A stretch of 64,000 nt of DNA from Cyanophora paradoxa CCMP329 (lineage: Eukaryota > Plantae > Glaucophyta): the NCBI GenBank assembly GCA_004431415.1, contig QPMI01000035.1, forward strand, positions 186,001-250,000, given 5' to 3'. The translations under genes were made by a program, and so were the position numbers. Under the pieces are notes generated by a model. It worked only from the letters and a program-made list of their open reading frames with translations. It did no database searches and was not told the origin of the DNA. Shown piece after piece: positions 45,901 through 59,100 of this stretch (its first letter is position 1; every line of letters begins with the position of its first letter).

Positions 45901-48900
45901 ACGGCAGCCTGCTGCTGAGTTATCACAGCGAAGTCCAGAAGGTGCTTATATTATATTTTCTTTTCTTTTAAATCTTATATTAAGGGCGCGCTGCTCATTT
46001 GCGGTCGCGTTTAATACATATTATAGTATGCATAAACTCTCGTCTCGCCCCGGCAGTTGAAAGAGGATCTGAGAAGCCTCTTCTCTTCGGTGCGCGCGCG
46101 TCCGATCCCTCAGGGCCTCCAGAAGGCACGCCGGCGCCTGATGCGAATGCCGTTACGTCGGTTACGTCGGTCCGCAGCTTGAGGAGGCCCAGAAAGATCG
46201 CGCGAAGGTTCGAACTCGGCTGCGGTTTTATCCATTCATTCTTGGCGCTTACGATCGCGCCGCGAACGCTCCCCTTGAGCAGCTGGCGGCAGAGCAGCTG
46301 GACGCCGCTCGGGAGCAGCACAGCGCAGAAGTCGAGCGCCTTCAGGCGGCAGTGCGCCTCTAGATCTCTAGATCTGCACATAGTTTTTTTTACAGCTACT
46401 TCATATAGAATTTTAATGTTTGATTTCTAAGCTTAAGCTTTTAAGCTTTTAAGACCTCCAGGCGGCCGTGCGTCTAATTAAAAAAAGCTTCTCCCATCGC
46501 CGAACCGCTCACAGAGCAGCGCGTGCCGCGCAGCTCGAGGAGGCGCAGGAGTCGCTGGAGTACAACCTGGAGAAGCTGCAGGCGACGGAGGAGGCAAGGC
46601 GGGCCGCGGAGGAGGCTAGGTGGGCCGCGGAGGCAGGCGTACAGGCAGCTGAAGAGGCCAAGCGGGCCGCGGAGGCGAGGGCGAGGGGGGCCGAGGAGTC
46701 CGCACGGGCCGCGGAGGAGGCCGTGCGGGTCGCTGAAGAGGCCAGGCGGGCCGCGGAGGCGGACGTTCGGGCCGCGGAGGATGCCGTGCGGGCCGCGGAG
46801 GCGGGGCGGGCGGAGGCCGAGGCGAGGGCGCGGGAGGGCGAGGCGGAGTTGGCGCGGGAGCTCGAGGCGGCGCGGGCGCGGCACCTCGCGGAACTGGGCG
46901 GCCTCCAGGCATCGGTGCGCTCCGTTTTTTATGCGCTCCGTTGGATTGGCGTCCTGTTTGATTTATGTCTGCTGTCTAATGCGTTTTCGATGCGTGCAGC
47001 TGAAGAAGGCCGAAGAGGACAACGGCAAGGTACGCGTAGCCGTGGTTTAAGCTGTCGCTGAGATCCAGCAATGCATGGTTATATTAAGGACACGGCTGAT
47101 CGGTACTCCCGCGACAGCTTCAGAGGGCGTTCCGCTCTTTCGAAGAGCAAGAGGCGCAGGTGCGGTCTGCGCAGAGTCGTTTCTGCAACGCCCGTTACTC
47201 ATTCAACTACGATCTTCTTCTGTGTTTTCGGTGCAGGAGCGGGCGGATGCTGAGAAGCGGCACAGGGACCGGCTGGACGCTCTCGCGCGCCACGTCGACC
47301 AGGTCGGCTGCCGTCTGCCTCCCTTGCCATTTAATTTGGCGTCTTCATCTAATCCAAGCCTGGCGAACACGGCAGCTGGAGCGCTCCAAGGCCGGCGTGG
47401 AGGCCGCAGCGGCCGAGGCAGAGCGAGCCGCGGAGCGGGAGCGGGCTTGCCGGCGCCAGGCCGAGGAGGAACGCGACCGGGTTCGCCCAGGCTCTCGCAA
47501 AGGATGAACTATTATATATAATTATTTAGAGACTGCGATGCTATTGTATTGACATATAGTGAATTTTAATTCTTCGTCGTATCTAGATACTGCGAAATCT
47601 TCTTAACGCCGCGCGTCGTTGTGACTCTTAACCTTCGAATGTCCTGATTCTGACGAAGAGATCGCCAGGCACGAGGCGAGGCGATCGCGCTGAAGCGCGC
47701 GGCCCTGGCCGACGCAACGCGACGCGAGGCCGAAGCGGGGGCCAAGGCGGAGGGGGCGCTGAAGGCCGCGCTGGCGAAGCAGAAGGAGGCGGAGGAGGCG
47801 GCGAGGGGCGCGGCGGAGCGGGCGCGGGCTGAGGTGCGAATTTCAATCTAAGCTAAATCTAGAGAGCGAAAACGCTAGATCTTAACGAATGTTAGAGGCG
47901 AGAAGTTGCGAATCTGAAAGTTGAATTCGTTAACCTCTAACCTCGATAAGTTTGGAGCTCGAGCCCAAACGTATCTAGATCATAACGAAACACATGAGCA
48001 AAAACGCATTTCTAGACATCGCGAAGTCTTGACTTCGTAACCTTTGATGCGTCAGGCGCGGACGGCGGAGGGAGCGGCGGCCACGGCCGCCGAGGAGCGG
48101 GAGCGCCTGAGGGCGCGGGCGGAGCGGGCGGAGCAGCAGCAGAAGGAGGCGCGGGCCCTCGTCAACTCCGTGCGGCCGTTTGGTCTCCTATTCGTGCTTA
48201 GGTTTCAAATTAGATGTTAGTAATCTACATATATTAATTCTACTTAGTAGTCCTCTATTTGCGCTACTTCTAAATAGCCGTAGTACATACCGCCCTTCTT
48301 TTGAGGCGCGGGCGCTCGTCAACACCGTGCGGCCCTTCCGAAGTTCCCTCGAATTCTCGTCGCTTCTTAGCCTTATTTGAATCGTGTTAACGTTCTCGTC
48401 GCTACTTGGCCTTATGATTATGTATTCGACTCCTGCAGATTCTGGAGAGCGGGGCCCCCGAGCTGGCCGTGCTGAAGGGGCGGGTGCGCTCTCTCGAGGC
48501 TCTCCTCGCGGTGCGTTGACTTCGCCCTGTCTCTAATTAATCGTAGCTCTCACTTTCGAACACTTTTCGAATTCATGATCAATTTATATTAATCAGCGCA
48601 AGCTATAGCGCTAGCTGTAGCGCTAGCTATATGCTCTAGCGTCTCTCTTTCAGCGCTAGCGTCCGCGTTTGAATCTCTTATAATAATTGCGTTGCGCAGG
48701 CGGAGAAGGAGAGGCAGAAGCAGGCGGCCGCCGTGTCCGCTGCCTCGTCCTCGTCCTCCCCCGCTGCCGCTGCCTCCGGCGATGGGCCCAAGATCCGCGC
48801 CCTTCGCAATGCCTCGTGCGCTGCTTCGGCTTTTGGCCTTTGATTACACTGCGCTAATCGATATCGAATCGAAGGCGCAAGCTCGTCCAAACGATCGTGA

Positions 48901-51229
48901 AGCAGGTTGCGACGCCCGCCCGCCCGTCTGCATGCGTTTTTGTCATGTGCGTGCGGCTGATTTGATGCTTGCTGGCGCAGCTCCGCCCGGTTGGCTCCAA
49001 GGCTTCCAAGCCCATCGAAATCGAGGTAGGCAAAGCAGCGGATCGGATGTCTCGTGTACGTGTCTGTAGCGCCGAAGTGAGTGAAGCCCTGCAGGTTGAC
49101 CGGGCAGCCGTCGTCGAATCCGCCCTCCGGTCCTGTCTGGAGCAGCGCCTCCTCGAGCAGCTGCGGCAGCCGGCCGCCCCGCTGAAGATCGCGATGGAGT
49201 GCGCGGAGGACCGCAAGGGGCCTTCACGGGAATTTTACGCGCTGGTACGGGATCCGGAGCTCGATACGCTTTCGATGCGCGAGCGTGACCATTGTCACAG
49301 TTTTTCGAGGAGCTGGTGAAGAATCAGCTGCTGGAGGAGCCGATGCAGGGCGCCCAGGGCGTCCTGCCGCCTGCTGCGCCCGAGGGGCAGCTGCAGCAGC
49401 GGCGCCGCAAGCGGACCGTCATTGTCGACTCGGAGGACGAGGACGAGAGGTGCGGCGAAGACGGCGGCTCGAGCTCGCAGGGCGAGAAACGTGCTCGGCT
49501 GGAGGGCGGACAGCCGTCGGCGTCGACCGCGGGGTCGGCCGGCGGGCAGCGCCGGAGCGGCCGCTCGAGCTCGCAGCACGTCGCAGCTGCCATCGATTCG
49601 GCGCTGCTCACGAAGTACCGATTCATCGGTGCCGTCGTTGGCAGAGGTGCGCTTCAACTTTTTCGCGCTGGTCGATCGCGAGGCTCGCTCTGACGCTGTT
49701 CATTCGATTTCAAGCGCTGCTTGGGCGGATCCTCGACTCCAAAGGCACGGACCCCATCCCGGCCGCGTTCGTTTCCATGCTGCCCCTTCTGGCTGGCAAG
49801 CAGGTGCGGCCATTGAAATTACACTGCTGTCGCTACCTATCGGTCTCTGATCGCCGGTCCCGCAGCCGGACGCATGCGCCACAGCGGAAGAGGCGCTCGC
49901 GCTTTGGGAGCCGTTCCTTGACCCCGTGAGCGCAACCCTTCCTGTCTTTCCTAGCTAAAATGCACGTGTTTATGCTGCCGCAGCAAGTGCACGGCTCGAT
50001 GGCCAGGATCCTCGCTGAGCCAGTCTCGCCGGAGGCCCCCGTGCCCATGGATCCGTACCTCCAGGGCTGCCCCGCCTTCAGCGGCGAGGAGGTGCCTCGC
50101 AATCGCCTCTGAGGTTAAGCTTTTCGCCGCTGACGTCCTGCAGCTGACGGAGGCGAACAAGCGGGACCTCGTTCGGCTCGCGGCGCAGTGGCAGTGCGTG
50201 GGCCGGCGTCAGCCGCTCCTCGAGGCGATGCGAGTGCGTCGTGCTCGAATCGTCTTCAACCGTCTCTAAGCCTCACTTTTCTCCGCCCGCAGGAGGGGTT
50301 CCAGGGCGTCTTCACGCGGCCGGAGGCGAGCAAGAGGGGCCCCGAGGCGGCGGCGGGCGCGGCGGACGCGCTCGAGGCAGTCGGGCTGCTCGGCGCCGAC
50401 GACTGGGCCGCCCTCGTCGGCGGTGCGCCGCCGGCCGCCCCCGCGCGGCCCGAGCGCTCTCACGCCGCCCCCGCAGGCCAGGCGTGGACGGCCGAGACGC
50501 TCATCGCAAACGTGCGCAGCGTTTACGTGTTCCTATTCCCAATTTTGAATTTCACAGCGGAATCGACGGTTTGTTCGCAGATGCGATTCCACGGCGACTG
50601 GCGGAATTTCGAAGAGGTGACTGGCGATGTCTTCGTCCTCGACTCGTGCCCTGCCCCCCCTCACCCCGCGCGGCGCCTCCCGCCCCTCCCCGCAGGACCG
50701 CGCCCTAGTCGAGCGGTGGCTCTTTGACGCGCTTCGGGCGGGCGAAGTGGACCCGTCGCAGTTCGCCCGCTGCATCGGTGCGCTCGAATGGCTGTCTTTG
50801 AATCAACTGCTCAGTTTAATCTGCGCTGCAGGCCGCGCCTCCGCGCCGGCGAGCGGGAAGCTCGAAAGGTAAGATCTAATTTAATTTTTCACTTGTTTTT
50901 GGCTTGACTATGAATTTCGCGCAGGCCCCTCACGATCGCGCCGAAGACGAACACGGTGAAGGACGGGGCCGGGCGCAAGCGGGCCGTGCTGGTGCCCTGG
51001 TCCGACAAGGAGTGGGGCCTCGCCTTCCGCACCTGCTTCGACGAGGCACGCCCCACCCCCCGGCGCACCGGGCCCCGCGCTCGGCTTCACAAATTTAACT
51101 TGGAGGCAGGTGGAGATCCCCGGGGCGCCGTCGGGGGCGGCGGGGGCGGAGGAGGAGCGGCGGCGGCTCTTCATGCGGGCGGTCCGCAGCAGCGTCGAGG
51201 ACCTCGCCCTCGACTTCAACGACGGCTAG
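42983..51229 (+). CDS. Long coiled-coil protein with C-terminal divergent HECT E3 ligase domain (could be two genes)
   Basis: Many E/A/R-rich heptad exons, then VDRAAVVESA...AEDRKGPSREFF...YRFIGAVVGRALL...LTEANKRDLV...EGFQGVF...FRTCFDEVEIP (catalytic Cys ~51034), ending DFNDG* with Phe at -4. Confidence 0.7.
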
Positions 51230-51307
51230 CTTTAGCCTATAGGCCGGCCGCGAGCGCCGGCGACCCACCGCGCGCGGATACTAGTATCGATTCTGGGCTT
51301 TGTTCTA

Positions 51308-51745
51308 CCGTGTTATACTCAATTACCATATTACTGCGCCCAAAAAATTTAGAACGCAGTAATTTGGTAGCGCAGTGTTACCCCCTTTGCTAACAATAAT
51401 ATATTTTTTTGAGGCCGATGGAAGATCATGGAACGCAGTGCTGGTGTCTAGAGACTGTGGCCTCTGTCCCTACATCTGCTCGATTTATCGTCTCTTCTCG
51501 CTATCGATCTGTCTCGAGCTCTGTGTCTTTCCTTTTTTATTGTCGATTTTGGCTCTTTGTCTTATCTTTCTTCGTGCTCTTGTCTTAGTTATTTTGCTTT
51601 TTTGTCTTTATGCCCCCTGGGCAGCCCCCGCAGTGCTGGTGTCTAGAGACTGTGGCCGGTAATTCACCAAAAAAATAGAGACTGTGGCCGGTAATTCACC
51701 AAAAACAAAAAGTAATTTGTGGCGCAGTAAAGAAGTGTTACACGG
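51308..51745. mobile_element. MITE family 1, second copy, interrupted by a retroposon
   Basis: TA+CCGTGTTATACT ... AGTGTTACACGG; the body aligns with 39100-39307. Confidence 0.75.
51440..51710 (+). mobile_element. Composite A-tailed retroposon insertion (three 3'-end segments)
   Basis: Absent from the 39-kb MITE copy. agagactgtggcc occurs three times, twice followed by ggtaattcacc and an A tail. Confidence 0.75.
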
Positions 51746-52454
51746 ATAGGTTGCAGCTCTGGATCTCCAGTGAATTCGAAAGGCCCGCTCGCGAGGAAAT
51801 CGAAAAAATTACTAGTATCGCGAAGACACGTGTACCGGTACGTGTGAAAATCGACGGCAGCCAATCAAGCGATGTATACGAACCAACCGTTGAACGGTAC
51901 CATCATCAATGATTATCGTGATCGCGATCGATATTCATGAATGCCATAATTCATTGAATGGCCGATCCGGTTGCCGCAAGATCCGATTATCATCGGATCG
52001 GCAATGATTCCGCATTGATTCGGCATCGATCGCGTTTCGATCATGATCGCATCGATTTCGTGATTCGTGCACGTGATCGATTCGCAATTTCGCATGCAAG
52101 GGTGCCGACACTGCCAAGTTCAGCCGCTTCAGCGGTTCGGCTTTCCAAGTTGGCAAATTACTGGCATGAACTTACTGCGTGACCAACACTGCCAACAGCC
52201 TGGCACTGGCTGGCAGTGCCAACTTTGCCAAGGCCCAACTTGCCGCCTACTGGCCCAGTACGTAGTGCTGGTACTGGGCCATGCCATGGAGATCCGATGC
52301 CATGACTCAGTGAGTGGCGATGTGGCGATCCGATTCATCCGAATCATCCGATCATCGGATCCAAACTTTGCAAACTTGCAAGTTGCACCGAACTTGCACG
52401 TTGGGCGAAAGCCGCTGACCAGTGATGATATTGATCGATGAGTAGCCTAGTAAT

Positions 52455-52763
52455 ATTAAGTAAGTAATATTAATTAATGCGCGCCCTAAATTCGGGCCCT
52501 AATTAGTGCGTTTTCCGCTAGCTAGCTGGCAAAACGCATTAACGCATTAATTCGGGGGCGCATTAATATCGAAACTCTAAGGAAACTGCTGTATGTACCC
52601 CCCTAACGCAGGCGGAAAGCTCCAAAACGCATTAATTTGGGGGAGCATTATTTCCCATACGTATACGATTTTTTTTTGGTAAATTACCGGCCTTCATACG
52701 TATACGAGGAGTCCGGGTCCAAAAACGCATTAATATCGGGCGCATTAATTAAGTGTTTTACGG
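52455..52763. mobile_element. MITE family 2 (pogo-like ...TTTTACGG-TA end), degenerate left TIR
   Basis: Right end gggcgcattaattaagtgttttacgg+TA; left end ttaattaatgcgcgccc; internal repeats aaaacgcattaat. Confidence 0.55.
52669..52694 (-). mobile_element. 26-bp, extremely 5'-truncated retroposon insertion with 13-bp TSD
   Basis: catacgtatacga [T9 ggtaaattaccggcc tt] catacgtatacga. Confidence 0.85.
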
Positions 52764-53155
52764 TAGTCTATCGCCCCATACAGTACTACGGTACCCCCCA
52801 ACATTACCCCCCCATACAAGCCTCAAATTGTTAAAACGCGGTAATTTGGTACCGCGGTATTTTGGCCACCCTCGGGCCGGCCCGCGGCGCAGTACTAGTC
52901 TCACGCAGCCGCAGCCTGCGAGAGACAATTGCGCTGCGCTGCCTGCAGCTGCATGTGCATGCACCTGCAGCTGCCAGGCTGCAGCCAAGCCCGGCCCTGC
53001 AATATATATAGCTACGTATACTGATCTTGATCAGTGCGCTCACGATCGCAATCGTGCCAGGCGTGAGCGCTGCATGCGCATGCGCATGCGCAGCTGCCCG
53101 AGTGTGCCGTACGTAGCAGAATCTGAGACCCTATCATAGTATAGCTAACATCACG

Positions 53156-56100
53156 ATGCCCGCGCGCGGCTACCGGCCGCGGCGCAGTGGCGCATATGCA
53201 TGCGCAGCGGCGCAGCCGCAGCGGCAGCTCATTGTCAGTGCAGCCTCCAGCTGCGCGTGCAGCCTCTTCGCGACCGTTGTCGCTGTGGTAGCGGTCGTGC
53301 AGACATCGATGCTTCTCCCTGCAGCCAGCGCTCAGCAGCTTCAGTGCGGGAAGAACTCCCAGCCGCAGCACAGCACGCGTTGGCTCACGCTCAACGGCAA
53401 TAGAGGTCACATTGTAATCCCGACATCATCAATGCCAGCATGGGGAAGCAGTCGGGGCCTCACTTTTAGCTTCTGGATGATGATCGCCGATAAAGACGCG
53501 CAAGACATGGCGCGAGGTGCGTAGTCCTGGTCGTGTTCTACGTATCATAGCTATATACATAGCTATGATCATGATAGGCTACACGTACGCGTATACGTAC
53601 AGCATATATATGTATGCGTATAGCGCTTTAAGGCCGGCGCCTGCGCGCGCGCCCGGGACGACGCCAGCGCCGATCGCAAGGTCTAGATCTTCGCGATCGC
53701 ATGCGAATGCGCGACGCGTGCACATCATGACGTCCCATGCATATGCAGTCTTTAATTTCGGGACCCGACTCGCGAACTGCTCGGACACCCAACTGCAAAA
53801 CCTGGCTATGGACGACATTTCTTTAGCGTTTGATCGGGTCTGTGCTGTACATGTGCTCGGGCCTTCCTCCGCGTTTTCAAGTTCGGTAAGATGTGGAATC
53901 GCAGGACCACCCGAGTTCTGGAAGAACAATGCTGCGTTTCAGAGTTTTCAACGGGCAGCTCACAGCGCCATTTGATAGCTCGTATACGGACGCGTACACG
54001 CTTACGACGTGGGGCGATGGCAGCAATGTCTCGATCACGGGTGACTGGGTTCACATTGCTATAACGATGGGCACCAGTACCGCGCGCGGCACGAAGTACT
54101 ATGTCAACGGCGTCCTCCACGCGCAACTAAAGTATTACTGGAAAGACATTCTGGCCGCGTCTCGTCCCTACATGTTCATCGGTCGGTCTGCTTGGTCCTG
54201 CGATCCTTACCCGAGCAGGCTATCCCTCGCTGGTTCGCGCCCGCTTCCGTTTTCGCGCAGATGACGCTGATTCATTTGATTTCTTTGATTTATTGAGCAC
54301 AGATTTCAGGGTTTTCCTGACAGAACTTGACCCAATAGAAGTTAGTTACTACGCCAATCGAGACTTCAGATACCAACATGTCACTTATTCAGTCGATGCT
54401 GCTTTAGCCAACGTGCTGTTCTGGTACCCCCTGAACGACACTGTGGTGCCCAATTACGAGCCCCCGACCTTCAATGCGTACCTCACTGCATTCGATTCTA
54501 GGGGTCCACAACAGCAAAAGATTACTCCGGGCGGGGATTCCACGCAAATCTATCGGGCGACGCGACCTTCGGAAATGCTTTCTACGGTTCTCAGCCTCGC
54601 GCATTCCAGCGTGCGCACTCTTGCATATGCATTGATATAAATTGCACACGAGATCTTTCTCATTCGCGAGATCGTATGCGCAGCCTGCCCGCAGCCAAGC
54701 CAGATTCTCGATACATGTCAGGCTTCCGGCTTCGGCTTCATCGCCGGGTCTATATCCTGCACTTCCGGATCCACGGGCGATTCGTCAACGGGGAATTTCT
54801 CCGGTGGAGATTCTGCTTCGGGGACTACTTGTTCTCCGGAAAAATCGAGGCTTGTCCCTTCTGTTTTCTCTCCAGACAGTAGTAATAGTATCAATATTAA
54901 TTTGACTTATTCATTCACGCGCGATATAGCTTAACCAATAAGGTCCTGTTCTCTGCAGGCTGTGGAAGTTCACCAATATTTCAGGTTCCGATTACTCAAT
55001 AACTGTCTATTATGATTACTATCGGTGAGCGAATGCAAGAACCTTCAGCTTGCATTTGCGCATGCGTGACCGTCGGACTTTGCATGCTCTATTTCGCTTT
55101 TGTAAACTTTGCGCTTACAGAACAATCAAGGCCTCCGTATGCCATCCCAACACGAGCTTCGCGGCATACATTATGATGGGCGTCGGCTGCCCGTCCACCG
55201 CATCCCCCGTTTCGCACCCAAATCCATATCAGGGCGGTCCAGGTGCGCGGTCGCTGTGTGCACTGCCAGTTACATGCAGCTGACATCGACGTTCGCGTGG
55301 TCATGGCAGATGGCGACAGGTGCGGAAAGGCCGGAATGTATTCGTCGATCACGTTCACGGCCAACCCAAGATTTGTGTACACACTCTCGATCTTAGCCCC
55401 CTGGACCCCTCCCGGAACTTGTGCGCTGCTTTCAGTCCCTCGCTCCGGTCATATATATTTTCAGCGCTCATCGCTGAAGCTCATGCTCATGATCAGCCCC
55501 CGGGGCATTCTACCTGAACATAGAGGACTCTGCCTGCCCGTGTCGTCCGTCTTGCTTGCAATTGCTCTTCATTCGAATTCGCGCTTCTGCAGAGCTGACC
55601 GTTAATGTTTCATGCAATTGCAGCGACGCCGACGCCGAACGCGATTGCCGCACCCACGCCCGCGCCTTCGGTCGTGACATCGGCGACGCCGAGTCCCACC
55701 CCCGCCGCGTGCCCCACCGCTCCGAATCCAGGTGTGCGCATTCAAGGCCAGTCCTAGGCCTTGCGCCGGTCGAACGCATACGCAGCATGCGCCAGTGAAA
55801 GCACAAAGTACATGAATCTTCCCTTCATCGACACATGCAAAAATGCTACGCACGGCGGAGCAACCTGGAGCACATTTAGCCCGTGCGTGCAGGAGGCTGC
55901 CCGCCTCTTCTTCAGAATCATCTCGCGTTAAAATCTCGCAGCTATCCGGATCCTTCAAATCTAGTGTACCCCGCGGCCGAGTTCCGATTCCGAGTCCCCT
56001 CGCGAAGGTCGCAAACGGATTTGCCGCGAGCGCTTTCGACTGAGAGCGAGACTGACGCAAAGAACCTCGCAATCATGGCAATTGCGCAGGAACGTGACTG

Positions 56101-59100
56101 CATCTGTCTGTGGCTCAACTACAGGCTGGACGCCTTACTTGACGGCCTTCCTTGGATGTCCTAGTGTCCGTCTTGATCGCTTTCTAACTGGAGCGAACGC
56201 GAGCGTTATTCGCGGAAATGGAGGTTGCGGTCCAATGATCATTGATGCGACTCCTGGATTAGAATACATCATTTCAGTGCGAGGTAAGGCTTTCAAAAAT
56301 TAAAAGAACGATCCAATAGCTGCATGTGTCTCTACATGAAGCGTGCCTATATGAACGTCTCCTTTTTATTACATGCATATGACTCATATATCGGGACCTG
56401 ACAGTGACGAGCCGCGCGCAGGACTCAGAACGTCGGACAAGGGCTTCTTTATCCTGAATGTCACGGACAGTGGGGGCCCCTGTTGCACTGGCTATAGTGC
56501 GTTGCCTCCTAAATCGCTACTCTAAATCGAGCCTCCATGCTCGCATGATCGCCTGCGACTTTTATTAATAAAACACAAACGTGCATGTTCGCAGGAGACC
56601 CGACTCCGACACCGTCTCCGACACCTTCGCCTACATCGACGCCCTCCCCATCGGTGCGATCGCAGTTGCAGTTTATGTCTTTTAACCGCCCGCACGTGTC
56701 TTTTCTCTAATACTGATTGCATTGCAAAGCCGTCGCCTGCGCCAAAGAAGCTGCAATGTGGGGATAGCTCCACTCCGCAATTCAGCAGCCGGTGGCTCAC
56801 GCTTCATGGAGATGGAGGGCACATTGTGATCCCCTCAGCATCAATGCCCGCATGGAATTACAGCTCAGGCCTCACCATCAGCTTCTGGATGATGATCTCC
56901 AGCACTGATACGTTGGATAATGCACGCGGTGCGCAGTGCTATTAAAATTGCTGAAGCTAGCGCCGGTTCCCCGGGGCCGCGGTCTGCGTACTCTATCGTA
57001 ATTATATGCATGATCATGATGGTCCCTACGCATATATATAGCGCATACAACTTGCAATCAGTTGGCGATGTTCAGGCCGGACATGTACAATACGCACAGC
57101 TAGCTATACAGCTGATCATGACGGCCCGTATGCATGCAGTCTTCAGTTTTGGGACCCGCCTGGCCAACTGCTCGGAGACGCAATCGCCAAATATCGTACA
57201 CGACATGTCCTTAGCCTTTGATCGGGTCTGCATGCTTACATGTATATATACCGCGCGCCCTTGCAAAGGCAATGTAAGCAAAGTCTGAAACCAGCTCTGG
57301 CGCAGTACCCCTTAGGGCAATTTCCCAAAAACTCCTCAAGTTCTGCGCCAACGGACATGCGCTTCAACATTTTCTTTGGGGATGCGTCCGAGCAGTGGAC
57401 CAGTTGTTGCTCTAACTTGGTAGAATGGGCAAGCGGCACCTTCAACTCAGGGGTAGGTTTTACCGAAGACTACAACATTCCAATCACAGGTGACTGGGCG
57501 CACGTTGCGATTACGATGAGTGAGCGATCAACAAGAGGCATCACCGATCCATCAAGCGGTGTTTTGATGAGCTCCATCGGCTACTACATAAATGGCGTGT
57601 TCCTCACACCTCTTGGAGGCTATACGACGCTTGTTCCGACTGCGTCTCGTCCCTACATGTTCATCGGTCGATCTGCCTGGTCCTGCGATCCTTACCCGAG
57701 CAGGCTATCCCTCGCTGGTTCGCGCGCATACGCACCGCTGCCGCATGTGTATATATCGATTCGCTAGTAGCTATAGTACCACTCTCAGAGTCTGAAGCTC
57801 ATGATTACGTTGATTTTTCATCGACGACAGACTTCAAGGTCTTTCTCCGAGAGCTCTCCTCCACAGAAATAAGCTACGAGGCGAATCGCGATGTCCCGTT
57901 CGCGCCCCCTTCAGTCTCGAAATTGCTGTTCTGGTATCCCCTGAACGACACTGCGGTAACTGAATCCCGGCCCTTACTAGTACTGGAATCCGTATGAAGT
58001 TTGTATTGATATCGCGATCGCCTTCAGAACTCGACCATAGCTAAAGATTATTCTGGAAATGGATACGATGGGACCCTGTTCGGAAACGCGACCTTTGGGA
58101 ATTCTTTCTATGGTTCTCAGCCTCGTGCATTCCAGCGTGCGTATATTTGCATTATATACATGAATAGATTTCACTTGAAAGTATTCCGATTCTCGGCATT
58201 AATATTGCATTCGCAGCTTGCCCTTATCAGCCTTCAGTTCTCGACACATGTCAGGCTTCCGGGTCCGGCTATATCGTCGGGTCGATCTCCTCTATAGCCT
58301 ACTACTACAGGTATACGGGTAGGACAAGGTCTGTAATTCTGTCTGCTAAGCCAGCCGAAGGTTGTTTCCTGATCTGCACGCACGCGCAGACTCAAGGGAT
58401 TCATCACCTTCCTTGGCACTGATTTCGTTCTGACGAATTTCTTAAACACCACGCGGTACATTAAAACTTTACTGTACATGTTAGCTATAGCGAAACTCCT
58501 TGTTCTACTTTTCTACTCCTTCGCGCATTAAAAGAATTTTTCGAATGCCTTGCAGTACCATCAAGGCCTCCGTATGCCATCCCAACACGAGCTTCGCGGC
58601 ATATATTATGATGGGCGTCGGCTGCCCGTCCACCGCATCCCCCGTTGCGCACCCCATCGCGAATACGTATCATGGAGATCCAGGTGCACGGTCACTGTAC
58701 GCAGTAGTACTGCCACTGTTACATGCAGCTGACATCGACGTTCGCGTGGTCATGGCAGATGGCGACAGGTGCGGAAAGGCCGGAATGTATTCGTCGATCA
58801 CGTTCATGGCCAACCCAAGATTTGTGTACACACTCTCGATCTTAGCCCCCTGGACCCCTCCCGGAACTTGTGCGCTGCTTTCAGTCCCTCGCTCCGGTCA
58901 TATATATTTTCAGCGCTCATCGCTGAAGCTCATGCTCATGATCAGCCCCCGGGGCATTCTACCTGAACATAGAGGACTCTGCCTGCCCGTGTCGTCCGTC
59001 TTGCTTGCAATTGCTCTTCATTCGAATTCGCGCTTCTGCAGAGCTGACCGTTAATGTTTCATGCAATTGCAGCGACGCCGACGCCGAACGCGATTGCCGC

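Noticed and set aside
51740-51780. Minus-strand peptide GDPELQPIR, resembling (from memory) a vertebrate SMPD4 motif
   Set aside because: It overlaps a MITE terminus, has no flanking homology and does not match the local SMPD4 DNA. Treated as coincidence.
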